DNA of 64,000 bases from Pavona decussata. Taxonomy: Eukaryota. The stretch lies in NCBI GenBank assembly GCA_977016875.1, contig CDRNST010000123.1, forward strand, positions 5,952,001 through 6,016,000. The letters are read 5' to 3'. Shown here piece after piece: positions 49,735 through 62,607 of the stretch. Positions within the stretch are counted from its first letter, which is position 1. Each line of letters opens with the position of its first letter. The position numbers and the translations under genes are program-made. A model generated the notes under the pieces. The model saw nothing but the letters and a program-made list of their open reading frames with translations, was not told the DNA's origin and did no database searches.

Positions 49735-51812
49735 ATGTATGTATCCGTTCTTTTCTGTTTCATAGCAGCCTTAGGAGCTGTTAATGGGAATGTTAAGCCC
49801 GTTTGCCAGCCATCAAGTGCAAGCAGCGCTTCCAGTCCCAAGCTGCCGACTTTACCCACAGCTTTTTCAGCTATCGTGGAAGTAAACAAGATCAAAGAGA
49901 ACTACACGGCCGTGTACAGGGAAGTCTACGACCAGAAAGCAGACAAAGGCAGGCTTGAGAGAACGAGAAATGGAGCTAAGCACGTGGATATCTACGACTA
50001 CACTTTGGGTCAGGTTATCCATATTGACGATAAAAGCTGCACCGTCTCAAATACTTCTGACATAGGGCATTGTCAGGATAACTTTTTCGGCGACGGTTCG
50101 CACATCGAAAGTGTGTCTCAGTTGTTCCAGTTTGGGAAAGAATTTAACGAGAAGTACATGGGTGTCACATCGGTTCGGGGAATAAGGTAAATTTAACTCT
50201 TTACTGCGCATTTGATTCGCTTTAATAGAGTTAGAGGCTGGGTGCTGAGCGAAGGCTGTCATGCAAGGATGAAATTTCTTTGTCCAATGCGAGACGTTTC
50301 GCGGACTGCGTGGAAGTTAGCGTGTAACTTCCTTTTGCCATGAAGGAAACGTTTGCATAGTGCGGCATCACATGAGCCAGGGCCGGCTTGGCTGCGCAAG
50401 GGATTCTGGGAATCTCGTCCCCAGAGCCCGCACTGTGGAAATCGCTCAAAACGCAAAAACCGCTGTATCTTTCCGGTACGGCTTGGGAAGCCGATAAAAG
50501 CACAAGAAAACACGCCAAGGTAAAGCTTTTTCGGACTTCATCACAAATATTTTTGAGGAAAACTTGTTAGTTCATTTTCGGTCAAATTCAAATTTCAGTT
50601 CCACAGAAACTCGAAGCTTACATCAATCTTTGGTTGCCTATCATGTCGTGTCTAAGGCCCTGTTTACAAGCAGGGAGGGTTACCCTAGCAGGCGGGTCGA
50701 AGATAGCCCGGGTTTACAAGCAAAATTTCACAGGTAGGGTTACCCTACCACCCGGGACAACTTAATAACCGCACGCATTGCAAACAAAATGGCCGGGAAA
50801 GGGAAAGGTTCTGGTAGTTACTTCGATTCTACGGTCGTTGCTGTCAGTTATAGCTGCTTATCAGTGCCATGGATTTTTGCTGTGTTATCTTCTCAGTTCT
50901 AGAGTTGCCATGTTAAAAGCGGCTATGGAATACAATAAAGCACTCGCTCGAATGCGTCATGTTAAGAGGATAATTATTCGACGAAGATGAAAGTGACAGG
51001 TCGATTTGTACTCTCCCACAAACTTGAGCATCTCTTCTACCTTGTCATCGGACCAAACTCAATTTGTCTTTTTCTTCTCTTTGCCCTTTTTCTGGACTAA
51101 ATCAGACTTATGACCACTTGATAGTTTTCGCCAGATTGCGAGTCATTATTTTTGTCCAGTCCGGATGTTTGATTTGACTCATCATCATGCTTGGGTGTGG
51201 AAGAACGAAATACGAGAGGACTCGCAGACCTTGCATTCGAAATATTTTTGGTTTCTGGCAAAGTTTATCTCCATTTAGCCCCACGGCCAGCCCCACGGTG
51301 TAAGCAGTCTGCCATGATGGCCGTTTGTTATTAACGTTCAAAGGGTCTGGAAACAAGTAAAAAGTTGTCCTAGGTAGGCGAGTTATCCCTAGCAGAGCGT
51401 TTACAAGGCAGGTAGGGTTACCCTGGCACCTGGGCTAGGGTGACCCTAGCTGCCTTTTTTCTTCGATGGAAAAAAAAAGAAATGTGGGAGCGCTAGGGTA
51501 ACCCTCCTGCTAGGGTAACCTTAGCACTAGGGTTACCCTACCTGCTTGTAAACAGGGCCTAAAGCTTACATGCTTACATGCAATGATTGATGTAAGAATT
51601 GATCCGCCGGCTCTGGTGATATAAATTATTTAAACATGCAACACAGCATTTTTTACCTGGAAAGTTGCAAGAAAATGTTGTGGGTATTAACACCTGTGGC
51701 TGAGATATGAGCATTTTTCATTATTAAAGGTCTGTAACCCATATAATTAACAATTATTCCACGACCTGAGCGCACGTTGGATATGAGATGATAGAGCGCC
51801 GAGTTGGCTATA

Positions 51813-51844
<32 letters not shown>

Positions 51845-52883
51845 GATTGTTTTATTAAAAACAATCAAGAAATATTGCTAGATCTTACTAATTTCTCTGT
51901 GCAAGAACAACCAGACGGCAATTTAATGGTCTCCATTTCTCGGCCATGGTCAGGTATAATGGCTCTTATACCATGGCTGCTAAGCCAATCAAATCCCTTA
52001 AATTGCATTATACAATGATTAAGTTTTTAATAATGATGTTTAGCCCCTATTAAAATTTGCTATAAGCATTATCATATTCAAGTCACTTTGTTCCATCACA
52101 TTTTGAAAAATTGGGGAATATTAAGCAAATTACTGATTATTGTAATAGATTTCTAAAACCTTGCTCCAGAGTGAAGGAACACGCATTTCTACATTTTAGG
52201 GTCTAATATTAAATACGCCCACAGATCTTCCCAGAAGTTGAGATCCACTACTTCAGGTTCTCTTTTATTTTGTACCAAGGGTGATGATATCATGGGTGGC
52301 TTTAAGACCCATGTAACCCTGTGGGTTACTGAATGTAACTTTTAAATTATTTTAATTTACACAGTACATCTAATGGTGATAATCCTCTCTTTTCATATTT
52401 CTTGTAGATGCCACCACTGGAGGCACTGTGTAGCAACCAACTTTTCTTCCTACAATCTGGATTTCTATTTCTCAGTACCAAAATGGGAGACGACCTGGGG
52501 AATGCTGGACTCCACTGTAGTCCGTGTCGTTGCTAATGGTACTTCTGTTAAAACAAAATGCATAAATGACAGGTGGACTCTTTTGGATGGCACAGAGGAG
52601 TTTTACGAGGTTTATGACCTTTTTGACTTCCGTCCTGGCCCTCAGGACCCTTCGAGTTTTCAGCTTCCGAGCGGTGTGTATTGCAAAGGACTTAAAGGTG
52701 CAAACAAGACTGCACCTAAAATGCCTGCTGTCTTTAGCATGGATTATGAAAACACAATGGCTCGTTATAATATTGTGATCAGCTGGCAGGTCAGTATGTC
52801 TCCAAATGACTTGATATTCAATTTTCTATAAATTATACTGAAGGTGACATACTTGCCAGAGATTTAAGTAAAGACTTGCTCCA

Positions 52884-52943
<60 letters not shown>

Positions 52944-55900
52944 AATAATAATAATAATAATAATAATAATAATCAGTTTAATTACTCTTTTTGTAGCTTA
53001 ACAGCTAAATTACAAGAGTGGTCAGGGTACTAATCATATATATATACATTAAAGGCCCACATTCACCCAAGATGTATTGCGTGCCGAGGAACAGTTTTCA
53101 TATATGAAAACCCCCCCATTTTATTTGGGCGGGAGTCTAGTGAGAAAGCAATAAGCGATCACAAATATTCTTTCCTTCCAGCACGAGTCGTAGAGGAAAC
53201 CCGCATGAACAGCTTGAGTTAGTACAGCCAATAAGATCACGCGTTTGGACAATACAGCATTTCAAAACAAAAACAAACCACCGCAATGACTCTTGGGTGA
53301 AGGTGGGCCTTTAACATGAAACATTTTACTAAGAATATCTAAATTGCTTGAATTTGTATTTTCTGGAAGAAATACAGGTATGTTTATAAACCATTTTGCC
53401 CTCTGGTCATGGAGCTATTCATTTGACTCTTGTTTCTGCAGAAGAATAATCTCTGTCAGCTATTGTTGATTTGATCCAGATGCATAATGCATAATTATAG
53501 TATTGGCTCTTATACCCAGCTAAGTTTGTATGTTTGACTCAGTCACTCATCAGTCTGGTTCCGTACTTTGAGTCTGATGCAATGAAGCGATCTGATGTGA
53601 GAGCTTTTTTGAATGCTTTTACCGTGGAAAATATCCTTGTTCTCATTGAGACATGAAAATCTGACTTTGTTTCAATAAGTGATAAACTATAATAAAAAAA
53701 ATGCTTGCACAGATTATACATGTAATTTATGAGGTGAGAGTCTTAATTCGCAATATTTTAGTCTTTCACAAAAATTTTGTCCTGGAATTCTATGAAGGGC
53801 TTATATACCTGCTTGTACACTGTCATGACAGACTTGACACTCTTACTTTAAATTACTTGACATTCTTTCTTTAAATTAATATTTTTTATGAATGTTTTCT
53901 CTTCATGTAAGGTGATACTGCTTCACAGTGTATGTTCTTCTCGGTCAGTTGTTCCAGTTTGTTGTAACAGTGGGCACTTAATTGGAAGACAGAGAACTAG
54001 ACATATTAAGCAAAACTTGTTGTCGCAGATACGCTACACGCCCCCCCCCCCCCCCCTCCCCAATTTGGAGTGAGTTGTTGGGGTAAAAAGGTGTGGCTTA
54101 TCTGCCAGTCCTTGCGATAGAGTACTTAAGTGTGACATCACAAATATTTGGATTTTTGAAATAATTAACAAGTATTCCACGAGCGCGCGTTGGATATGAG
54201 ATTATAGATAGCCAACGAGGCGCGTAGTTGGCTATAATCATCTCGTATCCAACAAGTGCAAGTGGAATAATTGTTTTATTAAAAACAATGAAGAAATATC
54301 GCTAGATCTTACTGAATTTCACTGTGCAAGAATAATTAGCAGACAATTTAACGGTCGCCATTTCTCGGCCATGGTATAATGGCTCATATACCATGGCTGC
54401 TAAGCCAATCAAATCCCTCAAATTGCATTATACAATGATTCAGTTTTTAATAATGAGATTTATTAAGACGTTTGCAAAGAGCATTATGAAAAATACCTTA
54501 CTTGCAAAAAGTCAACGTCTTATTGCAATTGTTTGGAGTGAGATATTGGGACGTTTATGCTCCAATGACTCTATTTGTATGGGGTTGTCGGAACATAACA
54601 ATACTAATTTCTCACCCCCTAGGCATTTTACATATGCTCTTTCAAAATGACTCAACAAATCCTATAATTTAGGAAAATTATTTACTAAGTTTTTGTGACA
54701 TCATCAATTTAGTTCTCTGTATTATATNNNNNNNNNNNNNNNNNNNNNNNNNNNNNNNNNNNNNNNNNNNNNNNNNNNNNNNNNNNNNNNNNNNNNNNNN
54801 NNNNNNNNNNNNNNNNNNNNNNNNNNNNNNNNNNNNNNNNNNNNNNNNNNNNNNNNNNNNNNNNNNNNNNNNNNNNNNNNNNNNNNNNNNNNNNNNNNNN
54901 NNNNNNNNNTGTATTGTGCATTTCCAGAAAATATCCATACTCCTGCCACGTAAGGTTGTTTTATTTTGCACCCCATCCCCTTAGGAAATTCCAGTTAAGC
55001 TTCATACTTTGCTTCTAAAATTTTGACCTTTAGGACCACCCTCCCCCTGGGAATTTGGAATGATCTTCCATGGGGTGGGGTGGGTATGGATTTTTTCTGG
55101 AACTGCATATTCAGTGAACCCAAATGTCTCATATCCTTGGACTAAAAAGGTTTCTTCTCTATAATCTTTCTTTTCTATTTCTTTAAAGGAAACTTATGAT
55201 ATAGAGAAAAAGCTTGTTAGGTACAAGCAGCCAAACTGGATGAACCCCTATATGGGTCCAGTCATTCTGATCCACGACTTCAACACAGGCATTGGCTACA
55301 ATATTACTACTGGTGCCACATGCAGTCTATTCAGCTTGACTCTGCGGAATTTTGATGCGACTGATGATGGAAGTCATCACATTCGTATGAAGACGAGTCA
55401 GGATTTTTTCAGTTCAACGAATGGGTCATCTACGTTTGTGTATAAGGGAGCTGCTTTTGTGCGTGGTATCGCTGCAGACGTCTGGGTTGGGAAGGGACTT
55501 GAGATGAGAAACGATGTAAAAATGCAGGTGAAGACCCTTAGAAGACTCACTGGGAACACAGTGTGTTTTCTAAAGTATTATTTGAACTTGGTGTAATATT
55601 TAAAATAGTCTCTCTTTTTACAAAGTCAAAATTTTGATTTGTGTGCTTTAGTTTGTGGAAATTAAGCCTGTTTTTCATATGTCAAGAATATTCCATCCCA
55701 GATGCTAATTTCGATATTGAATAAGACTGTCAGCAACTGTAATTGGAGATGATAGAAATAAATGTTAATTTGGGGTAAAGTTCACCATTTTGAAGCTGTG
55801 AGACCTTGAGAAGGTTGTTACCAATCTAACTATTGCCGATGCTCCCCAACGGTCAAAATAATTCCAACATCGTTGTTTTCATATGGTAGAAATGATGACT

Positions 55901-58900
55901 GCTGACCGTTGTAGAAATGTGGGAGGGTTCGGGAAAATAAAAATGCTCCTGATTTTCCAGATTAATTCCTGTTCATTCCAGATGATTGGTGGCGTCTCTG
56001 ATTTCATGTTTTCATAAGTCAGTAAAATTCTGGGATGGTCTGGAAACTGTAAAATCTCTCATTTAAAGGGAGGGGTTCACAGTTCTGCGCATGTCCATGA
56101 ATCAAAATACTTTTTCGCCTTTGCTTGCTATGACCCAAGCCTGTTTAATTTAATTTGTTGTTTATGAACCATTCGGAAGGGAATAGGTAACTCGGGTGGT
56201 AATTTTTTTATATGATTGCGTTATTTCGCATGCAAATAACTGTAAACCCATCAACCGTTGAATAAATTCTTCAGGTCAACACTAAATTCAATATCGACAA
56301 CATGAGTACAATCCACCAGCATTTTCTGTGAATTTTGGTCATCAGACATTTTGCTTGGACAAACTGTAGAATGTGATTACTGAAGTACATATGAGTGGGA
56401 TTTTTAAGGCCATAAAGTTGATAACAAAGAGAAAAAAGCATTTAAATTCATGCACATGCGTTGAAATGTGAACCCCTCCCTTTAACCTTCTTTTGCTGTT
56501 CCTTTGCCCCTCCAGGTAACTCAAGAGTGGTACTTTTCACAACCACACTGGCAAGTTGAGTCATCACGCTTTCGAAACTTCCAGCACCAGATTCCTCTGA
56601 GGCTAGATGTTTTCTCCGAAGACCAATCAACAATGAATGTGTTCAACTTTAATCCTGAGGCTACTGATCCATCCCTTTTTGACATCAAACCTTGCTTCAA
56701 CTGGGAAGAACAACGCCTTGTTGAGTTTAGTTTGAATGGTAAGTGTGGGTCTGCCTCTGGCAACAGTTGGTGATCAGAGATACTAGCCTCTGGAGATATG
56801 AAATCTTGGGCATTTGACAATAAATTATTATTCTTCCACAAGCGTGAGTTGAATATGAGATGATAGATGGCTATAATCATCTCATATCCAACAAGCGTGA
56901 GTGGAGTCCCCGTCGGAAAAAAACAAACTTCGAGGACCCCCTCCCCCCCCCCCCCCGCCACAAAAACTATGCTCCTCCCACAAAATCGACCAAGTCCCCC
57001 AATGATCAACCCCCACCCCTCCCTGCCTACACACACACACACACACCTTCCCCACCTCTGAAAACACAATCTTCGCAACAGACTGGGTATCAGATAAACA
57101 AAAATGTAGGTATAATGACTATTGCACTGATTTCCAAACCTGTTGTTTCTTCTATGTTTTTTGAAACTTTGGGCTGAGGTTAAAACACAATTAGTTTACT
57201 GCAGAAAAAAGATCCAAAGTTGCTTTTATCCTGGATCGATTTGGTGACCCAGAGGGGCGACTAGCAGATTCATTCTGTGTCCTGGATGATCTGGGAGAGT
57301 TGGCATGTCTGGGTTAATGTACTGATCATATATAAGGTCATGTGGGTCATACCATTGTTAATATCAATGGTTATTTTATTGCAGATGCAAATAGGAAATA
57401 CAGAAAGTATGTAGGTTCAAAGGAGTTTGTACTGAGACTTACCAAGGCCATCAGTGCTGCTGCAAATGTGACAGTTATCAGAGTGAATGGAATTCAGGTA
57501 TTAAGAAACATCAATGGTGCTCATAGCATATCAGTGATCTTAGCTAATTAGCTCCATAATTTTTTGGCTTTTGGTCTTGTGGGCTCCTTGATATTTTTCT
57601 GGGGGAACAGTCTTGCAAGAAGTTCAAACCTTGTATACCAATATCATAGTACAACAATACCGTGATGGAATTAAGAAATATTTATGCCAGAAAGATCAGC
57701 ACTGTTTATTATAATATTGAAGGGGTCAGTAATCAAAACTGGTCCACTGACCTTGTCATCTGAATTGCAACAAATTAGCTCTCCTTTTCAGCACTTTCTT
57801 TCTCCTTCTTAAACAGTCAGAAGTGAGTAAACAATTCTAGCAGATTTAAGGTGCTATTACTGCATTTTAAACCTGTACTGATAGCATTTTGAATTTCTCT
57901 AAACTCCAAAGAGGTGTTAAATAGAAAAACATTCAGTAGCATTGATGTATAGTCTGTTCCTCTTTAACAAATCAATACACTGTTGATCTTTTAGGTGGTG
58001 GGTAATAAAAAGGAACTGGTGGTTACCTTCACATTGTTGGACCGACCTAAGGCCGTGGGAGGCAATGTGGCAATTGTTTATCCTGAGAAAGGACTCATGG
58101 GTGCATTGGATGCCTTGCATAGTTCAGTGTATTATGGAAAATTCAAAGTGCAGTTCCAGGGTGGTTAGTATTTGTTAATAAAGATTAGGAATACACTGAC
58201 AACGATTCTGAAAATGCATAATTTGACCACAGTTGAGGCAGCTTTGGAGTGTAATCAACAGTACGAAAAACAAGTTGAATTCCAAGTCATTTAAAAAGAT
58301 GCTTGGGATCAGTACTGGGAGTGGGTGGGAGGGGGGGGAGGGGAGATGCTCGATAACGTTTCATACAGGGAGGCTCCGCCCCAAGGTCCAAACCCTTACC
58401 CTTTTGTATACCATTTTTGATCAGAAAGGTAACCCTTTCATTTGCCTTCCACAGAAAATTTGTACCCTTTCCCACACCTACAGTAGTAACATTCTGTCTT
58501 TTCTCATTGGGTCTGCTCAAGATATTTCGAAGGCCCTTTTAAATGCCTACGTGTAAATAATAGTATTCCCTACCCTTTTCTATACTTTGGCTCGTGAAAT
58601 CTCTACCCTTACCTCCATCCTGATAAAGGTACCCATTTTGGGCAAAGCCTCCCCATATAGTCCACTATAGGAAGTACCCTCCCTCCCCCACTGCCTCCGG
58701 GATGGATAGTATTGATAATTGAAGTTCTGCCTCACCGATAATGTTCTAAACAGCCAGCTGTCAGTTTGTGTGGTCTGTTTCTTTAAGTAGCCTTTATGCT
58801 ATTTACCCTGTTATTAAGCGTTCACTGTGCAGACTGTCAGTGATCCCTTCTCGAGTGACGTTGTGATTGTATAAACGTTGGAGTTTGCTGAACATTACTA

Positions 58901-59266
58901 ACGTTCTTGTGCGATTTTGTGAAAAGCAAATTAAACTTATGTCACTCATTGATCAGGAGGTGAAATGTGGAATATTCAAATCTTGTTTTGAGATTTTTCA
59001 GCCCCAACTTTGTTGGCTATTTCTTTGTTTTGACAGAAACGATACAGGCGATCAGGTCATCATTCAGCGTTGAGTTTTCAGCAAGCAACCCACCCCCTCT
59101 TACTGCCACGCCCAAGTCGGGAGGAGGAGGTGGTGTATCCAGCGGTGCAGCGGCGGGGATTGCTATTGTCATGATGGCAATGGGGACTACCGGAGGTTTG
59201 CTCATCGCACATGTGATCATGAAGCGCCGTGGAACCGGGTTGTTTGCATACAAAACGCAGGAGTAG
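49735..59266 (+). CDS. Type-I membrane glycoprotein with two ependymin/LolA-fold-like domains, paralogue 2 (635 aa, 7 exons)
   Basis: Exons 49735-50186, 52408-52789, 55189-55527, 56516-56738, 57385-57497, 57995-58163, 59037-59266. Same intron positions and phases as paralogue 1, no stops; tail KRRGTGLFAYKTQE. Confidence 0.88.
50656..51559. mobile_element. Internally deleted PIF/Harbinger transposon
   Basis: TIR GGCCCTGTTTACAAGCAGG, TAA TSD on both sides, and subterminal AGGGTTACCCT repeats. Remnant Myb/SANT-like start on the minus strand (VWSDDKVEEMLKFVGEYKSTC, ~50995-51060). Confidence 0.88.
51743..52034 (+). mobile_element. Dispersed hairpin repeat family, copy 2
   Basis: High similarity to 54161-54453 and 13428-13692. 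Confidence 0.8.
52884..52973 (+). repeat. (AAT)n microsatellite
   Basis: About 90 bp of AAT with an AAAT interruption. Confidence 0.97.
53053..53310. mobile_element. Kolobok-type MITE
   Basis: TTAA TSD; TIR AGGCCCACATTCACCCAAGA / TCTTGGGTGAAGGTGGGCCT; AG...CT termini. Confidence 0.85.
54161..54453 (+). mobile_element. Dispersed hairpin repeat family, copy 3
   Basis: Same sequence family as 51743; a partial 4th copy lies at ~56820-56905. Confidence 0.8.
54728..54909. other. Assembly gap (N run) in intron 2 of paralogue 2
   Basis: Run of N. Confidence 0.99.
54914..55110. mobile_element. MITE
   Basis: TGTGCATTTCCAGAAAATATCCATAC / GTATGGATTTTTTCTGGAACTGCATA TIRs. Confidence 0.7.
56067..56481. 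mobile_element. Kolobok-type MITE
   Basis: TTAA TSD; TIR AGGGAGGGGTTCACA / TGTGAACCCCTCCCT. Confidence 0.85.
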
Positions 59267-59947
59267 CTGAATCGCGATCGATCTGTACGGATACGAAGTT
59301 TATAGTGTTTTTTTTTTTTTCTATGCTTAGTGATTGTGTTTTTATAGAGTTGTTTTGGAGTGATCGTAAAACTTTTCAATAATCTCCAATAAGGACCAAC
59401 ATCTAATTTCTCCTTACAATGCCACTAGTTGTCAAACATACATGTCGTGAGAATAAACGAAATGATCAGCAAAGATGAAAAAAATCTTAATGTCTTAACA
59501 GAACGGTTCAAAGGAACAATATACAGGCTGACATGTCGCGTTTTCTCGGGATGGCTACGGGCTTCATTTATTTTCTTGAAATGGGAGGAAAAATTGCCAG
59601 AAGTGGATGAAAACAAAGAAATATAACTAAAGAGACAAAATAAAAGCTAATAAATATTATTTCGTTCTATCAGGATTCCATATTTGATAAAATGTAATCC
59701 ACTTCCATCCTTGCAATCTGGCACTTTATGTCCAAACAACTTCTTTTGTTTTGTTCTTCATATGTTTTTTATTCTATTCAGTTGTATATTTAGTGCCGTT
59801 TGGCAATATAATACAGAAATTAGGCAACCTTTTCCCAAGGCTTTCGTCTCCCCACTCTCGCTCCCTCTGGAGTGGGGAGATCAAAGACCCCGGGAAGGAG
59901 GTGGAGAATTAGTTAGTAATTTCATTATTTTGGCGGGAAACTGCCCC

Positions 59948-60930
59948 TTTTTAACTCGTGAATGCGCGTAGCGCAATGAACGAGTTATAGCGATAGTTGA
60001 CTGTGGACTTGGTTGGTTAGTTGGTCGGTCGGTCGGTCGGTCGGTCGGTTTTGTCGTTAACTTTCGGGCGTGCGCAGTGAATGAGTTTTAAATTCAATTA
60101 GTGGAAAAAACACGCGAACATTTGTTGTTCACGGCGCATCAGGAAATTCTTATTCAATATGTAGAGAATAATTTGACGATCATTTAGTGCAAGAATGGAG
60201 ATTTTTCGTTCAATCTGAGCAAAGTTAAAAGTTTTTTCAGTTTTTCAGAAAGTCCGGGGTCGTAAACTCAATTAGTGAAAAAAAAAAACGGGAAGATTTT
60301 TTTCACGACGCGTCAGAATTCTCTCATTTATTCTGTAGAGAATAATTTGACAATCATTTTAGTGTAAGAATGGAGATTTTTCGTTGAATCTGAGCAAAGT
60401 GATAGGTTTTTTTCGTTTTTTTCTACAGAGTGCGGTTTCTTTTAAGAATTAAAAATAATTTAATTTAGAAATAATTTAATTAAAATTAATTTAATTTGTC
60501 AGTTTTCACGCGAAATCGGAACGTGCCATGTCACGCATCATTGACGTCGTAAACAAAATTATGCAAATTTCTGGTGAAATGAACACTTTAAGATCTTGTC
60601 AGCTTACATGGAGGTTTCAAAGGGAAAAATGTTTCATTTTCGAAATTTACAACTGGTAATTTATGGGAAAGCAAAAGGACGCGGTCGATAAATAATTCTT
60701 ATGTAGCAAGAGCTTGTCATAGTTCATTATTTTTACTTGAGGATTGCGTGGACTGAACTCCAAAGGAAAAATTTCACGCATTTATGTCGGGCATGAAATG
60801 TAATGCGATACTTTGTTGAACAGATTTCCCTTTGTGAGATCGGCTTACCCTACAGTCTAAATTTCTAAGCCGTCTAAATTTCAATTACTATGTGTCATCT
60901 GCATTCACGAGTTGGCTCACAGGAGCCTTT
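59948..60930 (+). mobile_element. Helentron-associated non-autonomous element (HINE / DINE-1-like)
   Basis: 5' T-run, sub-TIR AACTCGTGAATGC with a nearby partial inverted copy, (GGTY)n microsatellite, two ~175-bp internal repeats, then 3' GCATTCACGAGTT + hairpin GGCTC-ACAG-GAGCC + TTT. Confidence 0.8.
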
Positions 60931-61929
60931 GATTACCATTTAATTGGAAACACCCTGAATAGAAATTTACCAGTGGGATGTGAGTGTTCCATTTTCGATG
61001 CAGCCATATTTGACAGAGTGGGGGTGAGTAGCCAAGCGATCCAAGCCGAAAAGTCTGAACTAGTAGAAATGTGCAAATGTAACACACGCTTCCGTTTGGA
61101 AATTCAGTTTGGGAATTTTAGACTACTTTTCAAGAAATCCAGTTTTCTCTGGAAATTTCCGTTTGGGAACCCCTTCCATTTACATATTTATATTCGAATC
61201 CCAAAAACTCTTGATTTTTTAGGGGTGGAGGGGAGGGGAAGAGGCGTCGGGAGGGGTAAATCTAAAATGGTAAATAACCATTAAATAGAATAATGGTTCA
61301 GTTTACAAAATCATCTTTGTAACTACAAAAGCGTGGTAGTCAAAAGCGACTGTCAATCGAGTTGCGTGTAACGGACCTGTTAGTGTAGAGGAACCAAGTT
61401 GTGCAGCTTTATCATAATGTAATTACTTTCGCTGGAAAGTAGTTGGGTAAGGCAAAATGGAAATTTTATCATATCGCATTGAGGATATCTCTTATAACAA
61501 ACAATCCCTGGCAAAATTATTTACAAGTGATTGTGCAATATAGAATAGAGGAGGAAGAATTATATCCAATCAGATAGTTTGTTATATTGTGAAGCGGAGT
61601 GGAATGAAATTCTAGGAAATAAATTTTGTTTAAGTGACTTTTGTAATTAAAGCAGTCAATGAAGCTTTTCCGTTGTGTTTGAAAATAAAGCTTATATAAT
61701 TTGCTTGTTGTGATCCTTTACACACAAATTCTCCCCTTGTCACTGAAAAACCCCTTAAAACTGATGAGAATTTGGCATTTTGTATCTTGCCTTTGGTGTT
61801 CTTGGTCAGAACTTGAAACACAGTTTTGTCCAAAGGCAGAATATGTGGTAGCGTAGCACCATTTAATAAACACCACGCGAAAGACTTCGACTTTATGCGG
61901 CTTGCTAAAGCTGCCAACTTTATCCAATG

Positions 61930-62060
61930 TAACCTGCGATCAGGCGTTTTTGTTTTTCGGGGAGCGCGAAAGTGTGGCAGCGCGAGAGTCGGCGGTCGGG
62001 AGAAGTTTTCTTCCCTTCTCCCGACCGCCGACTAAAAAAAGAACGCTTGATCGCAGGATA
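61930..62060. mobile_element. Short MITE
   Basis: CCTGCGATCAGGCGTT / AACGCTTGATCGCAGG TIRs. Confidence 0.7.
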
Positions 62061-62607
62061 TCCACTGCAAAGAACCCAAAGAACTAATTCCCCGGCACTA
62101 AACCACAAGAAGTGATGAAGCTAGATAATAAATATTTGACTGACTCCTACACAGTATATTCAGCGAGAGGAGAAGTTCCAGAAAAAAAAGTGTTGGATTT
62201 CAGCGTTTCTTGAATGTACTGGACACATGCACTGTCTGCACTCCATAATCCAAAAGTCCATTTCAAATTTTTACCTTCACCAAAACGAGGTTTCGAGTCA
62301 CGTGTTGCAACTTGAGTTTTGGCGGCCATATCTAGTTGTTCTGTAGGTTCAGCAAAAATTGATAGGTTTTTCCTTCGTTTCATATGGTGCTTTACATCAC
62401 GTAGAGCCTTTAGAAAACAAGGAATAAGGATATGATTACTTGTGGCAACGACCCGTGGAGTTGAGAACGGATTGGCTGGCTAGCAAACTCAAAACTGAGC
62501 GCAGTTACAGAGGACAGGCGCTTTCTAAATACAGAACGTAAAAGTGTTTGCAACTACTTACGACTTCACAAGACAAATTCATATTTTGCTTATACTTTTC
62601 CTCAAGA

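Noticed and set aside
54678-54976. ORFs containing X runs
   Set aside because: They span the assembly gap.
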